DNA of 64,000 bases from an uncultured Bacteroidia bacterium (lineage in GTDB: Bacteria; Bacteroidota; Bacteroidia; NS11-12g; UBA9320): the NCBI GenBank assembly GCA_943789165.1, contig CALSTB010000003.1:391454-455453 (forward strand), in the 5' to 3' direction. This document shows positions 46,833 to 57,713 of the stretch, in pieces (within the stretch, counting starts at the first letter, position 1; each line of letters begins with the position of its first letter). A program made the position numbers and the translations under genes. The notes under the pieces were generated by a model. It was not told the origin of the DNA. It saw only the letters and a program-made list of their open reading frames with translations, and ran no database searches.

Positions 46833-49800
46833 TTACTCAATAATCAATTTTTTACTTAGACTTCCTACTTGAGTTTTTAGTTCAAGTAGGTAAATTCCTT
46901 CGGAAAGTTCTGTTTTAAATGAAAGTACCGTCCCGTTTAAATGGTCCTCGCTATAAACAAGCCGACCAACCTCATCATAAATCAACAACCTGCCGTCCTT
47001 ACAAGCTTCTTCCAATTCAATGGTAAACTGACCATCATTGGGGTTTGGATACAAAGTTGATGAAATGTTACTTATGTCATTTACACTGCTCAACGTATCT
47101 TTTAATACCACCACGGTATAGTCTTCTACTTCACCGGACACAAAGCCACAAGGGTCAACATCATTATTTGTATATCGACAAACCACTCTTAATCGTAAGT
47201 CCTCATCTAATAACGCATCGCTGGGTATGGTAAAGCTACCAATGCTTGAGTGAGAGGCGTCAATCGTTCCCATAGTAATACGCTCGTTGGCGTCGAATTC
47301 AGCGTTTCGATTATAGTCAATCCATGCCGCGACTTTGTTCAGGTCGAAATGGTAGTTTAAAGTCATTTCCAAATTATACGTATGGTTTTGCATGAGGTAA
47401 ACCACGCTATCCGTATAATCTCCATAGTACTCCTGATTTGTTGTATTTGAAAGCGTTTCTAAACCAACGTGCTTAATCCAATCAGCTCCTGTACCTGCTC
47501 CACCTCTGCCATTACAATACACAAAAGGACGCACAACGTAATGGAATCGGAATGATTCCGTTACTTGATTGTTATTCGATTCCACAACCAACTGGAAGTA
47601 TAGATTGTCATTTTCATTATCGGATGGAATGCCTGTTTTAGACTTCCATGTATTTCCCGAAACCTTTTCGAGTTCAATTTCTTGGTCCAAGTTTGTGTTG
47701 TTTTTAGACCATTTTAGTATTGCTGTTTTTACACCATTAATCGATTCAATTTCTGTTGTAACAAATTGATCAAACCCTTTTCGAGGTTTTCGGTCAGAAG
47801 GTGTTTCAGTAATACTGGTTTGAATCATTCTTGGGAACGTAGCTCTACCCACTGTCGTGTTTTCCCACAAGCCGCGGCCCCAAGTCGCTGCTCTTAAGGT
47901 GTTGCTTCCATGATGTATTTCCAAATCTTTCACTGTTACATTAGGGAATGCTTCGTTATACAGCGTCCACGAATCTGCTGACATGCTTTTGTAATACACA
48001 CCGATTTCACCGCCAACATAGATATAAGAAGAATCTGACTTGTCCATGGTTACCGTTCTCAAAGGCATGTCACCCAAGTTATACGTAATGTTTGTCCACG
48101 ACTGACCCAAGTCAAAAGAAATAAACACCTTTTGATTGTCTTTTTGATAGCGATTATATGTGACAACAATTGTACTGTCGCGGTTAGGATCAAAGGCGAT
48201 ATCCGTAACACTGTAGTTTGGGAGATTTGACCGTATGTCATTCCATGTTTTTCCTCCGTCGGTCGTTAGACGAATCGTTGAGTTTCTTGAAATCGCAATG
48301 ATGTCAGAGCTGTTTTGAGCAATGGCTGCATCTTTTACTTGACCAATTTGAGGTGCACTATAAATCTCCCAAGTGATACCAAAGTCGTCACTTGAAAAAA
48401 TGGTATCAGCAAAATGATAGAGTCTAAAATGATTCAGTGGATCCATCAGCAATGGAGCTTCCCAATCTGCTTGTCCGGATCCACGACGTGGGTTTTCGGA
48501 TGCGGTTCTGGTTTGGCCACCATTGCGCGTGTAGTTCCGAGATCCGTATTGCCAGCTACCAATTAACCACTCGCTATTGAGTGGTTGAACGAGCCCTTCC
48601 ATTCCATCTCCACCATTCCATTCAACCCAACCAGCCTCTTTTAAAATGGACGTGCCATTGTCTTGAGATCCGGCTATGTTCAAGTGAATGTTTGATTGAC
48701 TTAGGCCAACCGCATAAAACTCACGAATAGCCGTTCCATCGTTTAGCCTAGTCCAGGTTTTCCCGTTATCCGAGCTCTTGGCTAAATAGCCATCCGTCCC
48801 TAAATAAAATACACCATCTATACATTCTGCTGTTCTGATATCGGCATGTACATAGGCTGCGTTTCTGTTGCTCCAATGTGTTACCTGTGTAAACGTTTGT
48901 CCTTCGTCACTACTTGCTTCTGTATCAACATATCCATACAACATGTTTTTTACATCTAAATCCGACACAGCAAAGCCTTGGCAGCTTTCGTCTGGGTTGC
49001 TTAAAAACGTAAAAAATGCGCCTTGGTTTTTGGATCGCCAAATGCCATTATTTGATGCTACGTATACGTTGTTTGGTTGACTTTTAGATACTGCGATGAA
49101 CAACTTAGCGTTGTTGTTATTTGAAATCAATGCAGAATTACTCCAGTTAAAACCAGTATCGCTCGAATGTTTTAAGTAGTTTCTTCCTGATTGGTAATTG
49201 TCGATGGCGTACACCTTATTCGGTGAAGTTGGGTGAAACTCAATGTCGATGGCATACCCTGAGAAAACTAGCGACCAGGTTTTTAAGTCATCTTTTGATA
49301 CGTACAAACCATTGCTCGTTCCGATGTATATCATACCCTTTCTAGTTGGATGAAACACCAGTTTATAAATTCTTTGGTTTCTTCCTAAGCCTCCAATATT
49401 GGCATCTTTTGGGTTGAACTTCGTTTCAACCCAGGTAGTTCCACCATCTGATGAACGATAAATACCGTGTGTATTGGCATTTCCACCTTGTTGAACCGCT
49501 ATCAAAACATCTTTGTTATCGGCAGGATTTACGGCAATCGACACTACTCCTGAAACAACCAATGTGTCCGTTGTATTCTCCCAATTCTTTCCACCGTCTG
49601 TAGTTCTCCAAAAACCACCACTTCTAGAACCTAAGAATATATGGTCTGTATTGCTTGGGTTTACCCAAAAAGTTTCCACTCGACCAATCCCGGGCGAATA
49701 GTGTGATGTAATGTTGTTTGCATCCCATGGGCCTAACTCTTCCCATCCATTTTCTAAGGCCTTGGCGTGGCTCTTAACCCGTCCATTTGTTAAGCCTCTA

Positions 49801-50078
49801 TACGATTCTTCAGCTCCATTAAAATACGCTTGACTTCTTTCTCCTGTTGGAAAGAACTTGCTTTCATTTTCATTCTTCCATCGCTGATATCCTTTCCATC
49901 CACTACCTTTTCCAGTACCGTGAATGTCAAAGTATGCTTCTGCAGAATCCACTACTTCATAAAAATTATAAGACACATCATCCATCATGTACTTATAAGA
50001 TTTTTCTTGTCCGTAACTAAGAAAAGAAAGGGTCGAGATAATGACGAAAAGCGTCGCGACTTTTATTGAATTGAACAT
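46833..50078 (-). CDS. T9SS-secreted BNR/Asp-box repeat (sialidase/propeller-like) protein with a GEVED domain
   Basis: Repeated SxDxGxTW boxes (TTDGGKNW, SSDGGTTW, SSDNGKTW, TTDGGKTW, FDLGQSW); GEVEDY near the C-terminus; and the sorting domain LYPNPNDGQFTIE...GIYLLEL. Start chosen at the ATG preceding the signal peptide. Confidence 0.8.
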   Translation of the reverse strand: MFNSIKVATLFVIISTLSFLSYGQEKSYKYMMDDVSYNFYEVVDSAEAYFDIHGTGKGSGWKGYQRWKNENESKFFPTGERSQAYFNGAEESYRGLTNGRVKSHAKALENGWEELGPWDANNITSHYSPGIGRVETFWVNPSNTDHIFLGSRSGGFWRTTDGGKNWENTTDTLVVSGVVSIAVNPADNKDVLIAVQQGGNANTHGIYRSSDGGTTWVETKFNPKDANIGGLGRNQRIYKLVFHPTRKGMIYIGTSNGLYVSKDDLKTWSLVFSGYAIDIEFHPTSPNKVYAIDNYQSGRNYLKHSSDTGFNWSNSALISNNNNAKLFIAVSKSQPNNVYVASNNGIWRSKNQGAFFTFLSNPDESCQGFAVSDLDVKNMLYGYVDTEASSDEGQTFTQVTHWSNRNAAYVHADIRTAECIDGVFYLGTDGYLAKSSDNGKTWTRLNDGTAIREFYAVGLSQSNIHLNIAGSQDNGTSILKEAGWVEWNGGDGMEGLVQPLNSEWLIGSWQYGSRNYTRNGGQTRTASENPRRGSGQADWEAPLLMDPLNHFRLYHFADTIFSSDDFGITWEIYSAPQIGQVKDAAIAQNSSDIIAISRNSTIRLTTDGGKTWNDIRSNLPNYSVTDIAFDPNRDSTIVVTYNRYQKDNQKVFISFDLGQSWTNITYNLGDMPLRTVTMDKSDSSYIYVGGEIGVYYKSMSADSWTLYNEAFPNVTVKDLEIHHGSNTLRAATWGRGLWENTTVGRATFPRMIQTSITETPSDRKPRKGFDQFVTTEIESINGVKTAILKWSKNNTNLDQEIELEKVSGNTWKSKTGIPSDNENDNLYFQLVVESNNNQVTESFRFHYVVRPFVYCNGRGGAGTGADWIKHVGLETLSNTTNQEYYGDYTDSVVYLMQNHTYNLEMTLNYHFDLNKVAAWIDYNRNAEFDANERITMGTIDASHSSIGSFTIPSDALLDEDLRLRVVCRYTNNDVDPCGFVSGEVEDYTVVVLKDTLSSVNDISNISSTLYPNPNDGQFTIELEEACKDGRLLIYDEVGRLVYSEDHLNGTVLSFKTELSEGIYLLELKTQVGSLSKKLIIE

Positions 50079-50112
50079 ATTGTCAAATTTAGTTTTATCT
50101 ATTGGTATGGTC

Positions 50113-51405
50113 TTAATTGATTCCACGTTTGTATCGTTCCAAAGCGCGATTTCTTGCAAACTTGTGATCTATCATAGGCTCTGGATACGTTTTCGATCTT
50201 AGTTCTGGAATCCATTTGCGCACATATGTCATCTGCGGATCAAACCTTTTAAGTTGTTCAATTGGATTGAAGATCCTAAAATAGGGTGCTGCATCGCAGC
50301 CTGTTCCAGCCGCCCATTGCCAATTTCCGTTGTTCGACGACAATTCGTAGTCTAATAATTTGGAAGCAAAATAGGCTTCACCCCATCGCCAGTCGATCAA
50401 CAAATGTTTACACAGAAAGCTGGCAGTAACCATGCGAACTCGATTGTGCATATAGCCCGTTTTATTTAACTGACGCATACCTGCATCGACCATTGGGTAG
50501 CCTGTGGTACCATTGCACCATTTTTCAAAATCCTCCGAATTGTTTTCCCAATCAATGCCGTCGTATTTTCTTTTAAAATTGTGTTCAACCACTTCCGGGA
50601 AATGATACAAGATTTGCATAAAAAATTCTCGCCAGATTAACTCTGAAACGAAAACGGGATGGGATTTTACTTGGGCAAAAAGACTTCGTATACCGATTGA
50701 ACCAAACCGCAAGTGTGGACTTAAATAACTGGTTTGGTCGAGTGAGGGAATATTCCGTGTCTCTTCATACTCTTCTAACTTTTCTAATGCATATGGACGG
50801 ACACGTATTTCCGATTTCTTAAAGCCCATAGACTGTAATGAATGTAGGCTGGGTGAGGTTTTAAACCAATTTGGATGACTTGGTATTTCCTGTGGTTGGA
50901 TGGATTCAATATCTACTTGTTGTAACCACCTTTTTTTAAACGGCGTGAACACCGTATACGGACTACCGTCAGATTTCACCACTTCGTCTTTTTCGATGAT
51001 TACTTGGTCCTTGAAAGACAACAACTCTATGTCATGAGCTGCTAATAATGTCTCTATTTCTTTGTCGCGTTGTAGTGCGTACGGCTCGTAATCTCGGTTG
51101 ACATACACTTTTTTAACATCAAACTGCTGGAGTATTTCTGTGAATACCTCGGACGGCGTGCCATGAAACGTCTGTAAACCACTACCATGTACTTCTAATG
51201 AGTTGTTCAGTTCTTGGAGTAATTGATGAATGAACGTAAGCCGTGCATCCTCTTCGTCCAACTCATCGAGTATGTTTTTGTCAAAAATAAAGAGTGGTAG
51301 GGTCGGAAGGTCACTATTCAGTGCTTCCGTTAAACCGACATTGTCTTCAATCCGCAAATCACGACGAAACCAAAAAATCGAAATAGGTTGGGAATTAGTT
51401 ATCAT
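50113..51405 (-). CDS. phrB: Deoxyribodipyrimidine photolyase / cryptochrome family protein
   Basis: IFWFRRDLRIEDN, SYLSPHLRFG, WREFF, GYMHNRVRM, NNGNWQWAAGTG. Confidence 0.9.
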   Translation of the reverse strand: MITNSQPISIFWFRRDLRIEDNVGLTEALNSDLPTLPLFIFDKNILDELDEEDARLTFIHQLLQELNNSLEVHGSGLQTFHGTPSEVFTEILQQFDVKKVYVNRDYEPYALQRDKEIETLLAAHDIELLSFKDQVIIEKDEVVKSDGSPYTVFTPFKKRWLQQVDIESIQPQEIPSHPNWFKTSPSLHSLQSMGFKKSEIRVRPYALEKLEEYEETRNIPSLDQTSYLSPHLRFGSIGIRSLFAQVKSHPVFVSELIWREFFMQILYHFPEVVEHNFKRKYDGIDWENNSEDFEKWCNGTTGYPMVDAGMRQLNKTGYMHNRVRMVTASFLCKHLLIDWRWGEAYFASKLLDYELSSNNGNWQWAAGTGCDAAPYFRIFNPIEQLKRFDPQMTYVRKWIPELRSKTYPEPMIDHKFARNRALERYKRGIN

Positions 51406-51458
51406 GTATTACACTTCTCTTTTAACTAACACAGCAAACCCAATTACGTTTGACAGAT

Positions 51459-54113
51459 TTACATTTGATTTGGAATTTGGTCCTTGGTAAACTCATACAG
51501 AGAATCTGCCTCGTCTTCTTTCAGCTTTTTTACCAATTCAAGCGCATCAGGAACAACGTCACTGCAGAGTACGATGAGTGATCCCTCTTTGGCCGTCTTA
51601 ACTGCGTGAATAATGGCTTCTTTTTCTGATGGTATGACGGTCGTTTTCTTATTCGGGTCTTTCATCTTAATGCCGTCTTCAAGCATTTTGATCAGCTCTT
51701 GTTCGGACTTGCCACGTAATTGTTTGTCTTGACGAATGATAATTTCATCAAACATTTCAGCGGCTATACTTCCCATTTCGTTGTTGTCTTCAACACGGCG
51801 ATCACCAATGCCTGCGATGATGCCGACTTTAACAGTGGCGTCAATATTCTCAATAAACTGCTGTAACGCGCGCATTCCTGCTGGGTTGTGCGCATAATCC
51901 AAGATTATTTTAAAATGTTTGAAGTTGAATAGATTCAGTCTACCAGGAGTTTGGGTTGGCGACGGAATGAAGGTTTCTAAGGCCACCTTGATGTCTTCGA
52001 TACTAAAGCCCTGAACATGAGCTGCAAGCACAGCAGGTAACACATTTTGAATCATAAACTTAGCCTTGCCTCCATAGGTTAGAGGAATGTTGACGGCTTT
52101 AATCACACGCATTTTCCACTCACCTCTGCATATGGTGATATAGCCATTTTCGTATATAGCAGATAGGCCATCACGTTTTTGCATGGCGGTGATATGCGTA
52201 TTGTCTTCGTCCATTGAAAACAAGGCAACATTACATTCCACCTTCTTTCTCATTTTATAGACTAGTTCGTCATCCGCATTTAATATCGCATACCCATTTG
52301 GTAAAACAGTTTCAGGTATTACGCCTTTCACTGCAGCCAACTGTTCCACGGTATGAATGCCTTTTAGTCCTAGGTGGTCTGCCGCCACGTTGGTTACAAT
52401 GCCCACGTCACAATTTTTGAAACCTAGTCCTGCCCGCAGCAATCCCCCGCGTGCAGATTCTAACACAGCAAAGTTGACCGTTGGGTCTTTTAAAACGAAC
52501 TCGGCACTTGCAGGTCCAGTGCAATCACCTTTCATCAACAAACGGTTTTGAATATAAACACCATCGCTTGTGGTATAGCCGACTTTATATCCTTTCATTT
52601 TCGCCATGTGGGCGATTAAACGTGTAGTGGTTGTTTTTCCGTTGGTTCCAGAAACTGCTATGATTGGTATTCTAGCACTTGATCCTGGAGGAAATAATTT
52701 GTCGATTACTGGAGCAGCGACATTACGAGGAAGTCCGGTTGTTGGTGCCAAATGCATTCTAAAACCTGGGCCAGCATTGACTTCTAGAACGGCACCTCCG
52801 GTTTCTGATAAAGGAATACTTATGTCTGATGTCATAACATCTATTCCGCAAATATCTAAGTCAATAATCTTTGAAATCCGTTCAGCCATAAAGACGTTAG
52901 CTGGGTGGACAATGTCTGTCACATCTTCAGCAGTACCACCAGTGCTTAAGTTGGCAGTATCTTTAAGAACGAGTTTTTCACCTTTCTCAATTACCGTAGA
53001 TAACGTGTATCCCTTTGCTTTGATAAGCGCCATGGTGAGTTCATTTACCTTGATGGCGGTTAGCACTTTTTCATGTCCGTAACCACGTCTTGGGTCTGCA
53101 TTGACGGTATCAATTAATTCTTGGATTGTAGATTTCCCATCTCCAATCACGTGAGCGGGTGTTCGTTTCGCGGCTGCAACCAACTTGTTATTGATCACCA
53201 ATAGTCGGTAATCTTCTCCGACTATATATTTCTCGACAATTACCGCTCTTGACACCTTCTGAGCTTCTCTAAATGCAACCAGCGCGTCTTCGTAGTTATT
53301 AATATTCACGGTAATGCCTCTTCCATGGTTTCCATCTATCGGTTTTACAACCAGTGGAAATCCTACATATCGACAGGTTTCTTCCAGACTACTTTCTCGT
53401 CGGATTATTTCTCCTCTAGGTACTTCAACCTCGGCTTGTTCCAATAAATATTTCGTGTCTTCTTTATCACACGCCAATTCAACGCCTATGTTACTGGTTT
53501 CGCTTGTAACGGTTGCTTGAATTCTTTTCTGATTGGCACCGTAACCAAGTTGACAAAGCGAAAACTTGTTTAAGCGAATCCATGGGATGCCTCTTTTTTC
53601 TGCCTCTTCTACTATGGATCCCGTACTTGGTCCAAGACGCTCGTTCTCACGAAGAATACGCATCTCTTGAATGTCATCTGTTAAGTCGTAGTCCTTTCCT
53701 TCTATCAACGCTTCGCAAATACGCACGGCGGCCTTTGCAGCGTAACGACCGACATTTTCTTCCATATAGGCGAAAACCACGTGATATACTCCTTCTTCAC
53801 CATAGCCTCGGGTTCTTCCGAAACCCACGTCCATTCCAGCTAAGGTTTGGATTTCGAGGGCAATGTGTTCAATAATATGACCCATCCACGTTCCTTCCTC
53901 GACCCGCTGAAAGAATCCACCCGGTGTTCCAACAGAACATCTGTGGGCGAACATCGTTGGAAACATTTCTTTCAAACGATCTGCGAAACCTTCAATTTTA
54001 TCAGATGGCTTTTGTTCCATCTCTTGTAGGTCAAGCACCATTACAATTAGCTTATGTCGACGAACAGACCAATAATTGGGTCCGCGCATCGCTTGAATTT
54101 CCCTGATTTCCAT
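51459..54113 (-). CDS. cphA: Cyanophycin synthetase
   Basis: N-terminal MRGPNYWS...; an ATP-grasp domain (VVKP.DGNHGRG); and a Mur-ligase domain (VSGTNGKTTT). At 884 aa it has the characteristic length. Confidence 0.92.
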   Translation of the reverse strand: MEIREIQAMRGPNYWSVRRHKLIVMVLDLQEMEQKPSDKIEGFADRLKEMFPTMFAHRCSVGTPGGFFQRVEEGTWMGHIIEHIALEIQTLAGMDVGFGRTRGYGEEGVYHVVFAYMEENVGRYAAKAAVRICEALIEGKDYDLTDDIQEMRILRENERLGPSTGSIVEEAEKRGIPWIRLNKFSLCQLGYGANQKRIQATVTSETSNIGVELACDKEDTKYLLEQAEVEVPRGEIIRRESSLEETCRYVGFPLVVKPIDGNHGRGITVNINNYEDALVAFREAQKVSRAVIVEKYIVGEDYRLLVINNKLVAAAKRTPAHVIGDGKSTIQELIDTVNADPRRGYGHEKVLTAIKVNELTMALIKAKGYTLSTVIEKGEKLVLKDTANLSTGGTAEDVTDIVHPANVFMAERISKIIDLDICGIDVMTSDISIPLSETGGAVLEVNAGPGFRMHLAPTTGLPRNVAAPVIDKLFPPGSSARIPIIAVSGTNGKTTTTRLIAHMAKMKGYKVGYTTSDGVYIQNRLLMKGDCTGPASAEFVLKDPTVNFAVLESARGGLLRAGLGFKNCDVGIVTNVAADHLGLKGIHTVEQLAAVKGVIPETVLPNGYAILNADDELVYKMRKKVECNVALFSMDEDNTHITAMQKRDGLSAIYENGYITICRGEWKMRVIKAVNIPLTYGGKAKFMIQNVLPAVLAAHVQGFSIEDIKVALETFIPSPTQTPGRLNLFNFKHFKIILDYAHNPAGMRALQQFIENIDATVKVGIIAGIGDRRVEDNNEMGSIAAEMFDEIIIRQDKQLRGKSEQELIKMLEDGIKMKDPNKKTTVIPSEKEAIIHAVKTAKEGSLIVLCSDVVPDALELVKKLKEDEADSLYEFTKDQIPNQM

Positions 54114-54260
54114 ATCCTACTTAATTACGTTTTTTGGTAAAGATGCCTGCTTAGACATAAAGAACAACGGGCGTTGATTACATAACCATTGCCAGTTGTA
54201 CAATAATAACTTTTTTAACAATTAATGAAATTATACTTTCTTTTATTTCAAATTTGCTGA

Positions 54261-55124
54261 ATGGTTAAAGGAACGTTGATACCAATTGGGGGGAATGAGG
54301 ACAAAGGGGACGGTTTAACTGAAAACTATTCTTTAGACTTTGTTCAACAAGGCATCCTTTCACACGTGGTACGAGAATGTGGCGGACCCGAATCTTTAAT
54401 AGTGGTGATACCAACGGCATCTAGTATTCCTGACGAGGTGGGAGCCAATTATGTAGAGGCATTTGGCAAGTTAGGCTGTTCTAATGTGGTCGTTTTAGAC
54501 ATTCGGGAAAAAGAGGATTCTGAAATGCAAAGAGCGATAGATCTGGTGACAACGGCGAATTGCATCATGTTTTCAGGCGGTGACCAATCGAAAATTACCA
54601 ATAAAATTGGTGGAACATCTATTCATAATATCATGATGGAACGCTATCAAAATGACAGTGGTTTTGTCATTGCTGGAACGAGTGCTGGAGCCATGGCGAT
54701 GTCTACAGAAATGATTGCTGGTGGCAGCAGTACAGAAGCCTTTATAAAAGGTGCCGTTTCTATGTATCACGGTTTGGGCTTGACCCCTGGAATTATGTTT
54801 GACACGCATTTTATCATGCGCGGTAGATTTGGTCGTATTTGTGAAGCGGTTGCAAAACATCCTGAACTTATTGGTATCGGTTTGGCTGAAGATACGGGAC
54901 TAGTCATCAAGAACGGAAACGAAATGAAGGTCATTGGATCTGGAATGGTAATCGTTTTTGATGGGAGTAGTTTGGTTCACAATAATGAAAAAATCTTGGA
55001 CGTTGGAACGCCTATGACGATTACAGACTTAAAAGTGCACATTCTGTCAAATGCCGATCGATATTCCTTAAAAGAAAGAAAAGTAACCGTTCTGCCTATC
55101 GACGCGCCATTTGAGTTCGATTGA
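54261..55124 (+). CDS. cphB: Cyanophycinase (peptidase S51)
   Basis: IGGNEDK, FSGGDQ, the nucleophile GTSAGA, and DTHF. Confidence 0.88.
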   Translation: MVKGTLIPIGGNEDKGDGLTENYSLDFVQQGILSHVVRECGGPESLIVVIPTASSIPDEVGANYVEAFGKLGCSNVVVLDIREKEDSEMQRAIDLVTTANCIMFSGGDQSKITNKIGGTSIHNIMMERYQNDSGFVIAGTSAGAMAMSTEMIAGGSSTEAFIKGAVSMYHGLGLTPGIMFDTHFIMRGRFGRICEAVAKHPELIGIGLAEDTGLVIKNGNEMKVIGSGMVIVFDGSSLVHNNEKILDVGTPMTITDLKVHILSNADRYSLKERKVTVLPIDAPFEFD

Positions 55125-56054
55125 TTATTTGTAAATCGCCACCACCATTTCGCCATCTGATTGACGCATGGCTCTGTACATGCCTTCAGTATTAAACGGC
55201 ATGGCAATATTTCCTTGACTGTCCACCGCGATAAGTCCACCGTCACCACCGATTTCAAGAATACGTTTCAAAATGACTTCTTCGGATGCTTCTTTCAACG
55301 TCATTCCTTTGAATTCCATTAAAGCACTCACGTCATACGCAACCACGCCGCGAATAAAGTATTCGCCACTGCCAGTACATGAAACTGCGCACGTCTTGTT
55401 GTTTGCATAATTACCTGCTCCAATTATAGGACTGTCGCCAATGCGCCCAAACTTTTTATTGGTCATTCCACCAGTGGATGTAGCCGCTGCAATATTGCCC
55501 TGTTGGTCAAGGGCGACTGCGCCAACCGTACCAAACTTATGGTCTTTTGATTTGCTATGGTCTAATTGAAAACTGTCTGAATCCTTTATTTCTTGCCATT
55601 GGTTAAACCTCAGTTCGTCATAGAAGTAGTCCTTATCTTCTAAAGTAAACCCCAGTGATTTTGCAAAGTCCATGGCTCCTTCAGCAGCTAAAAACACGTG
55701 GTCAGATTTCTCCATGACTTGCCTGGCCAGTTGAATTGGGTTTTTAATACCCGTAATTAGAGAGACCGCACCTGCACCTTTGTTTGCGCCATCCATAATA
55801 GAGGCGTCCATTTCGTGATTGCCCTTGGCGGTAAACACACTTCCTCTTCCGGCATTAAATAGTGGAGAATCCTCGAGATGAGTAACGGCTTGTTCAACCG
55901 CTTCTATTGCGGTTCCGCCTTTTTCCAAAACGTCATAGCCAGCATGTAAACTTAGTTCCAAAGCCCTTTTGTAGGCCTCTTCTTTTTCGGCGGTCATCAT
56001 ACCCCGAACAAGCGTACCTGCCCCACCATGTATGGCTATTGAATACTTTTTCAT
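55125..56054 (-). CDS. iaaA: Isoaspartyl peptidase / L-asparaginase (Ntn hydrolase)
   Basis: IHGGAG; the autoprocessing site FGTVGAVALD; TSTGGMTNK..GRIGDSPIIGAG. Confidence 0.9.
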   Translation of the reverse strand: MKKYSIAIHGGAGTLVRGMMTAEKEEAYKRALELSLHAGYDVLEKGGTAIEAVEQAVTHLEDSPLFNAGRGSVFTAKGNHEMDASIMDGANKGAGAVSLITGIKNPIQLARQVMEKSDHVFLAAEGAMDFAKSLGFTLEDKDYFYDELRFNQWQEIKDSDSFQLDHSKSKDHKFGTVGAVALDQQGNIAAATSTGGMTNKKFGRIGDSPIIGAGNYANNKTCAVSCTGSGEYFIRGVVAYDVSALMEFKGMTLKEASEEVILKRILEIGGDGGLIAVDSQGNIAMPFNTEGMYRAMRQSDGEMVVAIYK

Positions 56055-56068
56055 TTCTGCAAATCGAG

Positions 56069-57109
56069 TTACTTATACCACTTTTTCTTTAACCAAAACG
56101 ACAGTCGCACCAGTAGAATTAAAGCTGGCACCTCGACCAAAGGCCCAATCACTCCTGCAAATGCCTGTTTACCATGAAGTCCAAAGACGGCTATGGCCAC
56201 AGCGATGGCTAATTCAAAGTTGTTTCCAGCCGCTGTAAAAGATACAGAGGCGTTCTGCTCGTAGGATGCGCCGAACAGTTTGCTAAACACGAAGCTAATC
56301 ATGAACATCAAGATAAAATAGATTAACAATGGAATGGAAATTCGGAGGACGTCCATAGGTAATTCGACAATGTATTCTCCTTTCAGTGAGAACATGACGA
56401 TAATCGTGAACAGCAATGCTACCAGTGTTATTGGCGAAATGGCTGGAATAAACGTATTCGTATACCAATCGATGCCTTTTTTCTTCACAAGGGCATATCT
56501 GGTGACAATACCAGCTAAAAACGGGATGCCCAAATAGATGGCAACGCTTTCTGCAATGGTTGCAATTGATACCTCTACAATGGCTCCTTCAAATCCAAAA
56601 AGTGGTGGAAGTTTTGTGATGAACAGCCATGCATAAAAACTATATCCAAACACTTGAAACACACTGTTCAGGGCGACTAATCCTGCGCCATATTCACTGC
56701 TTCCTTCTGCTAAGTCGTTCCAAACCAAAACCATAGCTATACATCGTGCAAGTCCGATCAAAATCACCCCAACCATATATTCTGGATAATCGTGAAGGAA
56801 AGTGATGGCTAATGCAAACATTAAAAATGGCCCTATCACCCAATTCAGCATCAAGGACAGTGAAAGCACTTTGACGTTTTTAAAGACAGTAGGTAACAAG
56901 GAATAATTCACCTTAGCCAGTGGAGGAAACATCATTAAGATGAGACCAATGGCAATTGGAATATTGGTTGTTCCATGACTTAAGGAATCCACTACTTGAG
57001 CGGTGTTTGGAAATAAATACCCTATTCCTACCCCTAACGCCATGGCTAGGAATATCCATAAGGTTAAATACTGATTTAAAAAGCTGAGTTTCTTTTTTCC
57101 TGTTGACAT
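56069..57109 (-). CDS. acr3: ACR3 family arsenite efflux transporter
   Basis: [34 protein letters not shown] and the 10-TM BART-superfamily profile. Confidence 0.88.
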   Translation of the reverse strand: MSTGKKKLSFLNQYLTLWIFLAMALGVGIGYLFPNTAQVVDSLSHGTTNIPIAIGLILMMFPPLAKVNYSLLPTVFKNVKVLSLSLMLNWVIGPFLMFALAITFLHDYPEYMVGVILIGLARCIAMVLVWNDLAEGSSEYGAGLVALNSVFQVFGYSFYAWLFITKLPPLFGFEGAIVEVSIATIAESVAIYLGIPFLAGIVTRYALVKKKGIDWYTNTFIPAISPITLVALLFTIIVMFSLKGEYIVELPMDVLRISIPLLIYFILMFMISFVFSKLFGASYEQNASVSFTAAGNNFELAIAVAIAVFGLHGKQAFAGVIGPLVEVPALILLVRLSFWLKKKWYK

Positions 57110-57110
57110 A

Positions 57111-57710
57111 CTATTGAATCAGTGAAAATACATATTTCATTTGAGAGGCAATTTCATAAGAGGTTTCAAGGTAGACTTGGGATTCGCTGTCGGTGTCATC
57201 AGACCTTTTTGGGTCCACATACGTCAATGGTATTCTTAACAATGCATTCGGAATAAATGGGCAGTTTTGATCTGCATGATCACATGTCATAACTGCAATA
57301 AAACTTGCTGGGTTCGAATCGTCTGAATACAGTTTAGAAAATAATTTCACTGGTTCAGTGATTTCTGAAAAACGAACAGCGTATTCCGGATTTTCGTCAC
57401 CTGTTTTACTAATGTCGAATCCATTTGATTCCAAGGCTGTAATGGTCCTTGGGTTACATGCTGTCACCTCTAAACCTCCCGAATAACACGATGCATTAAC
57501 ACCATAATGATAGGCCATTGTTTGTGCCCATACTTGAGCAAACTGGCTACGTCGCGAGTTGTGTGTGCAGATAAAATTGATGTTTACACCAGAGCCTTTT
57601 TGCAGTTGATTCTTTAATTGTTCTGCAAATAGGGCCAATTCTTCCAACCGTTTCTGAGGAATTTTGTCCGTCGACAATTTGTCGATATAGTCTTTAATTT
57701 GTTTTAACAT
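57111..57710 (-). CDS. arsC: Arsenate reductase, LMW-PTPase (thioredoxin-coupled) type with an N-terminal extension
   Basis: P-loop CTHNSRRS and a downstream CDHADQNC pair with the same C-x6-C spacing as the Cys82/Cys89 pair of the pI258 enzyme. Confidence 0.75.
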   Translation of the reverse strand: MLKQIKDYIDKLSTDKIPQKRLEELALFAEQLKNQLQKGSGVNINFICTHNSRRSQFAQVWAQTMAYHYGVNASCYSGGLEVTACNPRTITALESNGFDISKTGDENPEYAVRFSEITEPVKLFSKLYSDDSNPASFIAVMTCDHADQNCPFIPNALLRIPLTYVDPKRSDDTDSESQVYLETSYEIASQMKYVFSLIQ

Positions 57711-57713
57711 CTT

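Noticed and set aside
54242-54260. CAAATTTG box upstream of cphB as a -7 promoter element
   Set aside because: It deviates from TAnnTTTG at the first position and sits only 4 nt from the ATG. Too weak to list as a feature without TSS data.
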